Of a stretch of 64,000 bases of DNA, positions 1 to 10,054 are shown one piece after another (position 1 is the stretch's first letter; each line of letters begins with the position of its first letter). The notes below the pieces were generated by a model. The model did no database searches. It was given only the letters and a program-made list of their open reading frames with translations, and was not told where the DNA came from. This stretch comes from an uncultured Candidatus Binatia bacterium (GTDB lineage: Bacteria > Desulfobacterota > Binatia > UBA9968 > CAXXLF01), in NCBI GenBank assembly GCA_965218425.1, contig OZ244621.1, forward strand, positions 1,120,001 to 1,184,000, written 5' to 3'. Position numbers and translations under genes: made by a program.

Positions 1-311
1 CCTGCCGGGTTTCAGGGTGGAAAGGATCGCTCCCTTCGAAGTTCATCAAATCATTTATTCTGTCGATCTTCAGAATTCCGGAGGCGAGCATCGCACCCTG
101 CGAATCAATCCGTATGGCGAGGTCAGTGATCCCTGGAGATGCGGCGTGAAGGGGCATCGCCCAGCGACCTTTCGCAGAATAAGGAAAAGATAGGTTGGGA
201 GACAGCAAAGCTCAAGGGGCAAGTCAGTACTGAGTTGCGAGTACTGAGGACTGAGTGGGGAGGGATGAGAATCGGCGAAAATCTGCGTTAAGTTCTTAGA
301 GGCTGACTCCC

Positions 312-1448
312 TCACGAAACATTCAGCTTCAACTTCAGGTATCGCTCGTAGATGCGGTAGAGGGTCTCCATGGAGGCCAGGTCAACCCACTCAACGTCGG
401 TGTGCAGGTTCCCGATCATCGGTCTGGTCATAATAACCGGTATGCCGTAGGGGGCAATGTAACGGGCATCGCTTCCACCATGCTCCCGCAACAAACGCAC
501 GGGTTTTCCTGTTAGCTCTTCGGTCACCTTGATGTAGAGCGGATCTGGCGAAAGGCGTGTAGGCTCCGCAGCCACAAGAGGTTCCATCTCCATCTGTTCG
601 TCTAAAAATTCTCTGATCGTGGACGTCATTTCATCAAGGGTGAAGGGAGGAGGAAAACGAATGTCGCAAATAGTCTCCGCCTCGTTTGGAATTCGGTTGG
701 GGACACGGTTCGGCGTCTGAATTACGGTGAAGGCGCAGGTGGGGTACCAGTACCCGTCTTCACCGTTTTTCAAGCCTTCAAAATGATCGCGTATCCTGTT
801 GAGGGCGGAGATCATGCGGTCCATCGGATTATCCGCCAGCCAAGGTCTACAGGCGTGTCCCGCAGCTCCTCGTGCCCGAATCTTCAAGTGAAGGGTGCCT
901 TTCTCTTCCACGGCAATGTCATTAACGGAACCGGCATCGGGAACAATGGCCGTCCCGCAGCGAAGGCCAAACTCTTCCATCAGGAACCTCGTGCCATAGG
1001 TTCCCCCGCGTTCCTCGTCCGAGGTGACGGTCAAGCCGAGGGATAAACCTGGTGACCTTTCGTGAAAAACCCGAAATATTTCAAGGAGGATGGCCAGCTC
1101 GCCTTTCATGTCCCCCGCGCCAGGACCGTAAAGCCGACCGTCCCGTATGACGGAACGGTACTCTGCCCCTTCGGGGAGAGAAACAACATCGAGGTGACCG
1201 AAAAGCATGACTTCGGGCCTCTGAACGTTTTTAGGAAGGATCACCGTTGACAGCGCGTCGTGCTCGCGAAACCGGTGTACCGTAACCGCGTCGGGTATCT
1301 CGGTATGATTGATCACAAACTCCATACACCTGTCTATTTCCTCGGGCCGATCCCAGGTGCTCGGGATCAAGATAAGGTCGCGGGTCAGCTCAACGAGCCG
1401 TTGACGAAGATCTTCCGAACCATACGTGCGCTCATCAGTCACGGGCAT
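312..1448 (-). CDS. M20 family metallopeptidase (ArgE/DapE-like)
   Basis: GHLDVV, LYGPGAGDMKG, SDEE, EKG, GH and terminal H motifs of M20A; overlaps the upstream ATP-grasp gene by 14 nt. Confidence 0.9.
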   Translation of the reverse strand: MPVTDERTYGSEDLRQRLVELTRDLILIPSTWDRPEEIDRCMEFVINHTEIPDAVTVHRFREHDALSTVILPKNVQRPEVMLFGHLDVVSLPEGAEYRSVIRDGRLYGPGAGDMKGELAILLEIFRVFHERSPGLSLGLTVTSDEERGGTYGTRFLMEEFGLRCGTAIVPDAGSVNDIAVEEKGTLHLKIRARGAAGHACRPWLADNPMDRMISALNRIRDHFEGLKNGEDGYWYPTCAFTVIQTPNRVPNRIPNEAETICDIRFPPPFTLDEMTSTIREFLDEQMEMEPLVAAEPTRLSPDPLYIKVTEELTGKPVRLLREHGGSDARYIAPYGIPVIMTRPMIGNLHTDVEWVDLASMETLYRIYERYLKLKLNVS

Positions 1449-2805
1449 ACCCCCACTCCACTGGCAATTGAGACCAGGCTTGGAGGAAGACTTCGCCGCA
1501 CTCCTCGTAGGTCTGTCCCAGACAAAGAAACTGTCCTTTCATAACTTTGCCCCCCGAGTCGGTGTTGAAATTGAACGGTAGGATTCCCACTGTCATCCCG
1601 GGCCGGTACAGTACTCCCGCATGATCCATTAGGGCAAGCAAATCCGCACCCTCGAAGGTCTTGTGAAAACCGACGTTTCTCATGTACCAAGCCCCTTCAG
1701 GGTTGGAACGCCTCGCCAGAGCGGCGGGATAGGTAGCGCCGGTTATCCTGGCATTGATCTCGCAGAGGATGGCGTCCGTCTTCCGACCGCGGCGAACCAC
1801 GAGGAAATCCGTGCTCGCCGTCCCACGGTAACCCTGCCCATGGAGCCACCTTGCCGCGGTGCCGGCCTGCTCAAGAAGTTCATCCTCCAATCCAGTGGAG
1901 TTCTGAAGATAAGGGGGCGGGCTTATATTGCCTTCATGAACTCCTTCACGGTCAAGGACCTGGTCCGTAAGGTCAAATAGAAAGACGGTGTCGTCATTCA
2001 AAAAGAGCTGAACGCTGGGCGAGCCTACGATTTCAACCCCTTGTGTTCCCTGATCCAACCATCCTTGAACCATACAGGGGCCTTCGAAGAAGAGGTGGTC
2101 AGGCACCGATTCCTGGCGACCGTTTTCCGTATCGAGCTTGACCATTCCATACCCGGAGGCGCCGATTTGAGCTTTCACTACGGCCTTTGCGTAACCTTTC
2201 TTTTTCAAATCTGACAAACAGGCGGAAAGCTCTCTTCGGTTCGCGGCGATCCTGGTATCGAAAACCGGCAGCTTCTGCTCCACCAGATACTGATACAGCA
2301 GATACTTATTGTTTCCGTTCTTGCTCCCTTCCAATGTGCTGACGGTTTGTTTTCCCATTTGTCTGGCGATTTGGACCAGACTGGAATCGGTCACAAATCC
2401 ATCCACCCAGGCGGCCGCGTGCTTGTTGAGTCCCTTGAGGGTCGCTTCAGCTTTCGCACCCTTTGACCCTGTTCCGGACGAGGCCAACTCCCTGTAACCG
2501 TCATGGTCAAGGACGGCGTAATCGGGGAGCGACAAGCCAAGGTCCTCGGAAAGATAGCGGGTCAGGCTTTCATCCGGTTTTGCTTCGAGAAGAACCAGGT
2601 TGGGCCGCTTGCGGTACAGAAGGTTGAGAACGCTGAGAACCCGGCTGCCATAACCCATCGCTCCCGAGATCCCTTCAAGCAGATGCTTCGCCTCCTCATC
2701 GTTATCGTAAAAGATAGACTGAAGATTGGAGAAAAAGACAACGCTGCGGTCCCAGAAGGGAGGAAGCTCGCCGATACATCTTGTGGTATTGGGTGTGGAC
2801 ATCAC
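1435..2805 (-). CDS. ATP-grasp fold ligase (PGM1-like peptide ligase candidate)
   Basis: NNKY, VVKAQIGASGYG, MVQGWL, SPSVQ, TDQVL, HEGN, STDFLV, CEINARITGATY motifs. Confidence 0.8.
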   Translation of the reverse strand: MMSTPNTTRCIGELPPFWDRSVVFFSNLQSIFYDNDEEAKHLLEGISGAMGYGSRVLSVLNLLYRKRPNLVLLEAKPDESLTRYLSEDLGLSLPDYAVLDHDGYRELASSGTGSKGAKAEATLKGLNKHAAAWVDGFVTDSSLVQIARQMGKQTVSTLEGSKNGNNKYLLYQYLVEQKLPVFDTRIAANRRELSACLSDLKKKGYAKAVVKAQIGASGYGMVKLDTENGRQESVPDHLFFEGPCMVQGWLDQGTQGVEIVGSPSVQLFLNDDTVFLFDLTDQVLDREGVHEGNISPPPYLQNSTGLEDELLEQAGTAARWLHGQGYRGTASTDFLVVRRGRKTDAILCEINARITGATYPAALARRSNPEGAWYMRNVGFHKTFEGADLLALMDHAGVLYRPGMTVGILPFNFNTDSGGKVMKGQFLCLGQTYEECGEVFLQAWSQLPVEWGYARD

Positions 2806-2898
2806 AAAAGAACACTCACATCATGATATCACTGTTATTGGGGGGGTGGGAAACCGGTTCAAGGTGGGGCACTAGAATAGGCGTGAGACCGCGATTTG

Positions 2899-3873
2899 TT
2901 AGACATTGAGGCGGTCCATCCCCTTGGAGCGGTTCCCGGCAGCGGCTCCGGGGGACATTATCGTTTCTAACCGTGTCAAGTCTTCGTCAGTAAGCTTTAT
3001 TTCCATGGCCTTGAGGTTTTCCTCTAGATGTTTCCTGCTCTTACTTCCGGGAATGGGGGTAATGTCCTTACCCTGCGCCATAAGCCAGGCCAGTGCGATC
3101 TGCGCCGGGGTTACCGACTTTTCTTTGGCCAAAGCTTCAACCTGGACAAGGAGTTGCAGGTTGCGCTCGAAGTTACCCGGCTGGAGGCGAGGATGGTCAC
3201 GCCTCTGTTCCGGGATATCCTTTAGGTCATGGAATTGACCAGCCAAAAAACCGCGCCCAAGGGGACAATAGGCCATAAAACCCATGCCAAATTCGCGGCA
3301 AGCTTCAATGTTGCCCGCTTCAGGGTCCCGCGACCACAGGGAGTATTCAATCTGCAATGAGACGATGGGATGGACTTTGTTGGCCCGACGTATGGATTCG
3401 GCGCTCGCCTCCGATAGCGCAATGTAACGGACCTTGCCCTGCTTTACCAAATGCGCCATGGCATCCACTGATTCTTCGATGGGAACCTTGGGGTCCACAC
3501 GCGACATACACCAGATGTCGAGAACATCGATGCCCAGCCGCTTGAGACTCTCTTCGCAGGTTTTGATCAGGTAGTCGGGGGAACCTCCGCCGCGATAGCC
3601 CGTGGCATCGGGGGTACGGATGCTGCCGGATTTGGAATGGATGACGATCTTTTCACGCCGCCCCTTGATGGCCTTGCCGAGGAGCCCCTGATTATGACCG
3701 TTCCCATAACTTGCCGAGGTGTCCAGAAAGTTGATGCCTAGATCGAAGGCCCTGTGAAGGGTGGCAATGGATTCGCTGTCGTCGGCTGGTCCGTAGGAGC
3801 CGGACATACCCATGCAGCCAAGGCCCATGGGTGAAACCTTGAGATCCGTGGTGCCAAACTGGCGGTACTCCAT
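2899..3873 (-). CDS. aldo/keto reductase
   Basis: [10 protein letters not shown]-x4-Y, SLKRLG, LQIEYSL, QIALAW, PIPG motifs. Confidence 0.95.
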   Translation of the reverse strand: MEYRQFGTTDLKVSPMGLGCMGMSGSYGPADDSESIATLHRAFDLGINFLDTSASYGNGHNQGLLGKAIKGRREKIVIHSKSGSIRTPDATGYRGGGSPDYLIKTCEESLKRLGIDVLDIWCMSRVDPKVPIEESVDAMAHLVKQGKVRYIALSEASAESIRRANKVHPIVSLQIEYSLWSRDPEAGNIEACREFGMGFMAYCPLGRGFLAGQFHDLKDIPEQRRDHPRLQPGNFERNLQLLVQVEALAKEKSVTPAQIALAWLMAQGKDITPIPGSKSRKHLEENLKAMEIKLTDEDLTRLETIMSPGAAAGNRSKGMDRLNV

Positions 3874-4030
3874 AATGCATCTCTCCTTGAATCAGTGTTG
3901 GATGCCTTTAACATGTCCGAAGTCTATTGCCAAGACAACTTCCTTCCAATAGCATCAGCGCTCGGACAGTCAGAATAAGCCTTATTACGGTTTACCGCAA
4001 CGATCAATAAATTTTCGTCAGGAGGTCAAG

Positions 4031-4970
4031 ATGGCAACCATCGGATTTATCGGTACGGGGGGAATGGGAAGTGAAATGGCGACCAACCTCATAAAGGCAG
4101 GTCAGCATCTCGTCGTAAATGATATCAGACCTGAAATGACCCGGCGGCTCGCCGACCAGGGCGCTCAGACACGGGGCTCCGCCCGGGAAGTGGCGGAGGC
4201 CACGGAAGTGGTTTTATCGATGCTTCCTTACAATGAAGCGGTGTCGGAGGTTGGAACAGGTCGAGGAGGCCTCCACGAAGCCTCTGGGGGGGCACGGATA
4301 TGGGTGGACTTCAGCAGTACCAACAAAATGACTATCGTTGACGCCGGTAAGAAACTGACCGCCAAGGGCTGGACCATGCTCGACGGCTCGGTGGCGGGAG
4401 TTGAGGAACAGGCCGCCGCGGCAGCACTGTCCATTTGGGTGTCGGGTTCGAAGCGGCATTTCGATGATCTAATGCCAACGTTCCAGGCCATGGGCAAGAA
4501 AATTGTTTTTATTAGGTGACCTGGGCAATGCAAAGCTAGTCAAGACGGCCAATGCCATGCTCGGGGCCATCTCGAACATGTGTATGGCGGAGATCTTTTA
4601 CTGGCTCAAAAAGGGTGGTCTCACGGATGAGGACTTCCAAAGTTTTATCAAGAGCTCGCAGAACTACTCCACCGCCCTCGACCGGATCACCCAGATCATG
4701 ATCGGCCGGAAGTTCAAACCCAGAAAGTCATGGATGCCCAAAGATGTGGGATTTGGCCTCGACGAGGCACGGGCGATGGAGGTCCCGGTGCCCTTTAGTT
4801 CCCTGGCCTACCAGATGTTCACCCTGGCTCAGGCCAACGGCGTCGACGGGTATTGCCTTCGAGGTCTATTCCCTTATGAATGGCGAGGGCAAGACAGAGA
4901 AGTAGGCCCGACCATTAGAGAACCAATTTTTTTCGCGCTAAGACGCCAAGCTCCCAAAGGGAACCAGTAG
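4031..4970 (+). pseudogene. 3-hydroxyisobutyrate/6-phosphogluconate dehydrogenase-family oxidoreductase, frameshifted and probably 3'-truncated
   Basis: IGFIGTGGMG Rossmann N-terminus in 4031-4519; C-terminal domain (GDLGNAKLVK..N) in another frame after the T-run at about 4505-4512; family resemblance lost after ANGVDGY. Confidence 0.75.
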
Positions 4971-5289
4971 GCAGATAGCAACAAGCGGCTTGCAGAAAAC
5001 AGTGAACCCAGATTTAGTGTTCAAGGGTCAGGCTAGGGTGTAGGGGGTTGGGGGTTGGGTATGGGGTTTACAGTCTGGAATTCACCTCCCCCTACACTCT
5101 ACACCCTTCATCCTCCCTTAGTTCCCACTTAGTCCTCGTTACTCGCCACTGATTGGACGCTTTGCGCATAGCGCCATACGTTCCGCCGTTCCCGACTTGA
5201 CGCTCTTTGCGTCTTTGCGCGAGTCGCCTTGATGAATACTGAAATAATATCGTCTGAGAGCATTATAACCAGAGGGCTCTGTTAACGCA

Positions 5290-5895
5290 CTAAAAATATC
5301 GATTTGGGCAACAGCCCGGCAAGACCCCATCTCCGGCGGATGCTATGTGCGGTTCATCCCCACGCTCGTGGGGAACACGCTTTACCGGCGCCCGCTGAGC
5401 CACCTGGGTGATACAGGCTTCCTTCGGTTGACCAAGACGTAAATTGCGTCCCGATGGTTGCCTCAAGTCTACTTGATAGCAGCTCTTACCTGTCCTGCCT
5501 CTGAGACGGAGACGCACCCTTCGGGTCATTCGCCTCCCGGCGGCAAGTCCTCTCACGCGCACTCGTTTCACCACGGCCCGCCCGCGTCTGACAGGGATCT
5601 CGAAGCGACCACTCGCCTCGGAACCGGAGTTTTTCACTGAAACCTGAACGGTTGCCGTAGCGCCCATCGGCCGAGAAGAAGAAGCAAACCAAGCCCTTAC
5701 GATTTCTATTCGAGTGGCGGTTGGGCTGATGTCCGACCGAAGGGGTTTAAGAGTCTGCCGCGAAGACTGAGCCGGCATTGGGGCCCATTGAGCTTTTGAT
5801 GGGTCCATCTCACCCTGAGCAAGGAGCGCACTTCGAAATTGGCCTGCGAACCATAGGCTCGCCATCAGGACTAAACCGACAATGATCGCTTTCAT
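5290..5895 (-). CDS. secreted protein with CARDB/Ig-like domain; tail runs through a CRISPR repeat
   Basis: Signal peptide MKAIIVGLVLMASLWFA; VQVSVKNSG..ASGRF..GLAAG pattern typical of CARDB. Confidence 0.6.
   Translation of the reverse strand: MKAIIVGLVLMASLWFAGQFRSALLAQGEMDPSKAQWAPMPAQSSRQTLKPLRSDISPTATRIEIVRAWFASSSRPMGATATVQVSVKNSGSEASGRFEIPVRRGRAVVKRVRVRGLAAGRRMTRRVRLRLRGRTGKSCYQVDLRQPSGRNLRLGQPKEACITQVAQRAPVKRVPHERGDEPHIASAGDGVLPGCCPNRYF
5350..5378. CRISPR. single type I-E-like CRISPR repeat (no array)
   Basis: CGGTTCATCCCCACGCTCGTGGGGAACAC, 29 nt with CCCCAC/GTGGGG stem; no second copy at +/-61 nt and no cas genes in the window. Confidence 0.75.
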
Positions 5896-6029
5896 ATGGT
5901 TCGTTTCCCTTGCTCGGGTTTCAAAAGCTAAAATGCAACCCGTTTACCTGGGGAAAACCAAAATAAAGTGTCTAGCTATACGGAAGGGTACCGCTATGAG
6001 GCAATAGCAGGCGCCTCGTATCTCGCGAC

Positions 6030-7304
6030 TCAGGGCGCCGGCGCCAGCCGCACCGCGGTGGTGGAGGGCTCGTCGGTTGCGTCACCCAAATCACGAGACA
6101 TCACATCGGAACGGGCGAACACCACCGAGATGACAGTTGTGGCGCACAAAACCGCACCCACGATGAGAGTAAGCGGCGCGCCGATGAGGGAGGCCACAGC
6201 CCCCACTTGCATCTGTCCCAGGGAAGGCACGCCGTTGGTCAACATGCTTTGAAAGCTGGAAACCCTGCCGCGAATCTCATCCGGGGTGATGGCCTGGATT
6301 ACCGTATTGCGCGGAATGGCCTGCACGGAATCGGAGAACCCGAGGGACGCGCTCATCAGGAGCGCAAGCGCAAACCAGGGAGCAACTGCCAAGCCCACGA
6401 GACCGAAACAGTAAGCGAGTATGCCAATGAGCACGAAACGGCCCTTGTAGCGCACATCGCCCAGGGACATGATCACGCCAGCCCCTAGAATGGCCCCCAC
6501 CCCGGATATGGAAAGTAGCAGTCCAAGTCCTTCGGCCCCGGCACCCAGCTTATCGGCAAAGATGGGCATCAGGACTCGATAGGCTCCGAAGAACATCGCC
6601 GCCGAATCCATACCCAGTAGGATCGGGATGATGGATTGCTTTCTTAGAAACGTCATTCCTTCCGCCAGTGCTTTCAGTGTAGACTTCCGCGATGGCGCAA
6701 TCACCCGGCTGAGATGCATGGCCATGAGGGCTGCGAGGGTAACGAGATGAGCCATGCCGTTCACCAGGTAGGTTACGGATAACCCGAAGAGACCTATGCA
6801 AACACCTCCTATGGCCGGGCCGAGGATATTGGAAATCTGCCAGACCGTGGAATTGAGCGCGAACGCGTTCAGCAAGTTCTGCTTGGGAACGATATTTGGG
6901 ATGATGGCGCTTCGCGCCGGCGCATTTAGGGCCGTCAGGGAGGAGTTGAGAAATGTTACGGCGTAGATATGCCAGACCTGGATATCCCCGGTGAAAGTGA
7001 GCCAGGCAAGGACTAGACTGAAGCAGCCTGAAAGTCCCTGGGTAACCATAATGAACTTTCGCCGGTCAACCCGGTCGGCGATGACCCCGCCCATGAGCGA
7101 CAAGGCAAGAATTGGCAGTGCCCTCACCAATCCGGTGAGGCCCAGATAGAAGGCAGAGCCCGTCAATTGGTAGATCTGCCAGATATTGGCAGTGTTCTGC
7201 ACCTGGGAACCCAACCCCGCAACCACCAGCGCGACGTAAAACAGCCGGAAATCCCGATGCCTTAGAGCAGCAATGGGCAGGATGATTTTGGAGCGGAGAT
7301 CCAT
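6030..7304 (-). CDS. MFS transporter (DHA3/EntS-like)
   Basis: About 12 TM segments, GGVIADRVDRRK motif A, PARSAIIP, PDEIRGRV. Confidence 0.92.
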   Translation of the reverse strand: MDLRSKIILPIAALRHRDFRLFYVALVVAGLGSQVQNTANIWQIYQLTGSAFYLGLTGLVRALPILALSLMGGVIADRVDRRKFIMVTQGLSGCFSLVLAWLTFTGDIQVWHIYAVTFLNSSLTALNAPARSAIIPNIVPKQNLLNAFALNSTVWQISNILGPAIGGVCIGLFGLSVTYLVNGMAHLVTLAALMAMHLSRVIAPSRKSTLKALAEGMTFLRKQSIIPILLGMDSAAMFFGAYRVLMPIFADKLGAGAEGLGLLLSISGVGAILGAGVIMSLGDVRYKGRFVLIGILAYCFGLVGLAVAPWFALALLMSASLGFSDSVQAIPRNTVIQAITPDEIRGRVSSFQSMLTNGVPSLGQMQVGAVASLIGAPLTLIVGAVLCATTVISVVFARSDVMSRDLGDATDEPSTTAVRLAPAP

Positions 7305-7582
7305 AGTTAGTTTCGATTCATAGGACAAGGCTTCATGTGCATCGGGTCCTCGTTCGCGCCCCCTGAGACTTATGTGAAGTGTGGACCGGCGTCAAGCGCC
7401 GTTACAGACGCCCAGCTGAACTACCCAAATACCTACCCTCAGTCGGCTCAACCACGGAAACTTCTTCCCGCATTACCGTTGTTCCAAATCATTGGGAAAA
7501 ACCGTATTTTTTGCTGTGTAATTGACGCCCCCGGCGCTGGATACTATAAGGGTCTTGATTGCCTGATTTGGAGGTGGAATCC

Positions 7583-8710
7583 ATGAGCTTTATCGATGCC
7601 GACGGACATGTGGAGGAAAGCCCCGCAACTTTTAACGACCAATACTTAGGTCCCGCCTTTCGCAGCCAGCGACCGCGGGTGGTAGGTGAAAATGGAATGG
7701 CCTACTGGGTCATTGACGAAAAACTGTTTCCCAGGCGTGTGGGACCCGGCTGCCACAATCTAGGCACGCCTGCCAGCTACAAAGGAAAACCTGCGCTCCA
7801 TTCCAAAGGAAAACCGGAAAGCCTCGGCTGCATGGAACTCACGGACATCCAAGCCCGCCTTGCCATCATGGATGAAGAGGGGGTCGCGGTTCAGGTTCTC
7901 TACACTACCCTTTTCCTCGCCTATCCCCTCAGCTCGAATCCGGCTTTTTTGACTGCCCTTTGCTCATCCTACAATCGCTGGCTGGGAGACTGGCTTTCGG
8001 ACCATGATCGCCTCAAGTGGGCAGCCATAGTAAATCTGGACCAGGCGGAAGCGGCCGCACGTGAAGTGCATGAGGTCAAACGACTGGGGGCAGCGGCAGT
8101 GATGGTGTTGGGAACCGCAGGAGACCGTCACCTGGACGATCCACGGCTATTCCCATTCTATGAAGCCTTATGCCAAGAGGAACTCCCGCTAGCGGTCCAC
8201 GTGGGTTGGGCCTGTCCTTCCATTAACAACCTCTACGATCATATTTATCCTTCCGGAGTCGTGGCCTTCCACTTTCCCGTCCTCATGGGATTTGTCGCCC
8301 TGATCAGCGGCGGGATCTTGGATCGGTTTCCCAGTTTGAAAGTCGTATTTCTCGAGGCCGGCTCCATGTGGGTTCCCTACATGGTGGACCGGCTGAACCA
8401 CCGATTCCAAAACCAGGGGAAAACCCTGGCCGAATTCCTACCTCAAACCAAACCGCGCCAGACGTTGCCCATCATGGAATATATTAAAAAAGGGAATCTT
8501 TATTTTAGCGCTGAATTGGAAGATCACCTTTTGCCGCAGGTGATGGAGCTGGTTGGAGAAAATCAAATCGTCATGGGGACCGACATGCCCCATGGAGATC
8601 GCGAGCGCTTTGCCGCGCGCCTGCTAGAGCGGAGAAAAGACCTGAGCTCCGGAGCAAAGGCAAACATACTCGAGCACAATCCGGCCCGCCTATATGGTTT
8701 GAAACCCTGA
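7583..8710 (+). CDS. amidohydrolase_2 family protein
   Basis: IDADGH, VHVG, GILDRFPSLKVVFLEAG, GTDMPHGD, NPARLY; GGAGG RBS before ATG 7583. Confidence 0.92.
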   Translation: MSFIDADGHVEESPATFNDQYLGPAFRSQRPRVVGENGMAYWVIDEKLFPRRVGPGCHNLGTPASYKGKPALHSKGKPESLGCMELTDIQARLAIMDEEGVAVQVLYTTLFLAYPLSSNPAFLTALCSSYNRWLGDWLSDHDRLKWAAIVNLDQAEAAAREVHEVKRLGAAAVMVLGTAGDRHLDDPRLFPFYEALCQEELPLAVHVGWACPSINNLYDHIYPSGVVAFHFPVLMGFVALISGGILDRFPSLKVVFLEAGSMWVPYMVDRLNHRFQNQGKTLAEFLPQTKPRQTLPIMEYIKKGNLYFSAELEDHLLPQVMELVGENQIVMGTDMPHGDRERFAARLLERRKDLSSGAKANILEHNPARLYGLKP

Positions 8711-8733
8711 GAGGTGCTACCAGGTTTGAACTC

Positions 8734-8765
8734 AAAGGCCCGACCTCCGTTGAGGTCGGGCCTTT
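8734..8765 (+). terminator. intrinsic terminator hairpin
   Basis: AAAGGCCCGACCTC-cgtt-GAGGTCGGGCCTTT perfect 14-bp stem just after the amidohydrolase stop. Confidence 0.75.
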
Positions 8766-8935
8766 CGCCTGATCCCCGTGACGTTTACCGCTTTCGCCAC
8801 GCTTTCCTCCGCCACGGGGACCGAGGGGAGAACCATTGAACCCTGCTATTGAAAAACAGCAACCCGCACCTTGACCCACTTTGCGGTTGTCATTTGGGGC
8901 CCAAGACTACGGCGGATGGGGGCGACCAAACATCA

Positions 8936-10021
8936 ATGAGCGAATTTTCCAGTATCAGGGACCGGCTGCCCGCCATCATCAAGGCACTCGCCGTCGCTTT
9001 GCCTGCGGGCCATTTCTTTGACCGCCTCGACACTCCGATTCCCTGGATGATCGGGCCAATGATTGCCGTTGCCACCCTCAATCTCATGGGAGTGCGCATG
9101 CACTCCCCGCCTTACGCCCGGCAAATGGGGCAAGTGATTCTCGGCTCAGCCGTGGGGCTTTATTTTACGCCCCCCGTGGTGGCGGAGTTGGCGGCCAATT
9201 CCCCTGCCATCATAGCGGCCACTGCCGCGGCCTTCTTGGTGGGAGGACTCGGTGCAGTGATCTTGAATCGGGTCTCCGGTGTGGATGGAAAGTCTACCTT
9301 CTTCGCCTCGATCCCGGGGGGCGCCATGGCCATGGCCGTGCTGGCGGAACGCTACGGCGCTCAAATCGCACCGGTGGCTGTGGCCCACAGTTTACGCGTC
9401 TCCATCGTCGTCATTGTGATCCCGTTTGCGCTAACCTATGGTGGGATTTCACTCGTGGCCGGAGCCTTTCGGCCTGCGGTGGCACTTGATCCTTTGGTAC
9501 TCGTGCCGTGGCTGGCCTTCGGCTTTGTGTTAGGTGAGGTTTCGGAGCGGCTCCGGTTACACAACGGTTACCTGCTGGCACCGATTTTCTTCGGCGCCGC
9601 GCTTACCATGAGCGGCTTCCAGCTTTCCGCCGTGCCGCACTGGATGACGGACTTCGCCCAGTTCATGTTCGGCCTCGTGCTGGGGGCACGCTATGAGCGA
9701 GCATTTTTTTTCCGCCACAAACTGTTCATTCCCTTCGCACTGCTGAACTCCTTTTTCATCTTGATCACTTCAGTGGCAGTGGCCTTTGCCCTCGCGTGGG
9801 CCTTCGAACTCCCCATCGCCACCATGATCTTAGCCACCGCGCCTGGTGGCCTGGCTGAGTTGACCATTACTGCTCAGGCCTTACAGATCGGCGTGCCATT
9901 GGTGGTGGCATTTCACTTGTTCCGAGTGGTGATGGTTAATTTGGGAACCCAGTACGTCTACATCTGCGCCGCACCGCTGCTGAGCCTAATTTCAAGAAAA
10001 AGCAAAAGTGTAAAATCGTAG
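8936..10021 (+). CDS. AbrB-family (putative ammonia monooxygenase-like) membrane protein
   Basis: Internal duplication: PWMIGPM / YLLAPI, GQVILG / AQFMFG, IPGG / APGGLAE, HSLRV / HLFRV. Confidence 0.88.
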   Translation: MSEFSSIRDRLPAIIKALAVALPAGHFFDRLDTPIPWMIGPMIAVATLNLMGVRMHSPPYARQMGQVILGSAVGLYFTPPVVAELAANSPAIIAATAAAFLVGGLGAVILNRVSGVDGKSTFFASIPGGAMAMAVLAERYGAQIAPVAVAHSLRVSIVVIVIPFALTYGGISLVAGAFRPAVALDPLVLVPWLAFGFVLGEVSERLRLHNGYLLAPIFFGAALTMSGFQLSAVPHWMTDFAQFMFGLVLGARYERAFFFRHKLFIPFALLNSFFILITSVAVAFALAWAFELPIATMILATAPGGLAELTITAQALQIGVPLVVAFHLFRVVMVNLGTQYVYICAAPLLSLISRKSKSVKS

Positions 10022-10054
10022 GCTCTATAACCAGCCACATGATCTATTGGCTGC

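Noticed and set aside
4517..4519. TGA in the dehydrogenase as selenocysteine
   Set aside because: The downstream domain is in a different frame and there is no SECIS-like hairpin
5289..5440. A real CRISPR array around the 5350 repeat
   Set aside because: No second repeat at the expected spacing; no leader or cas genes seen
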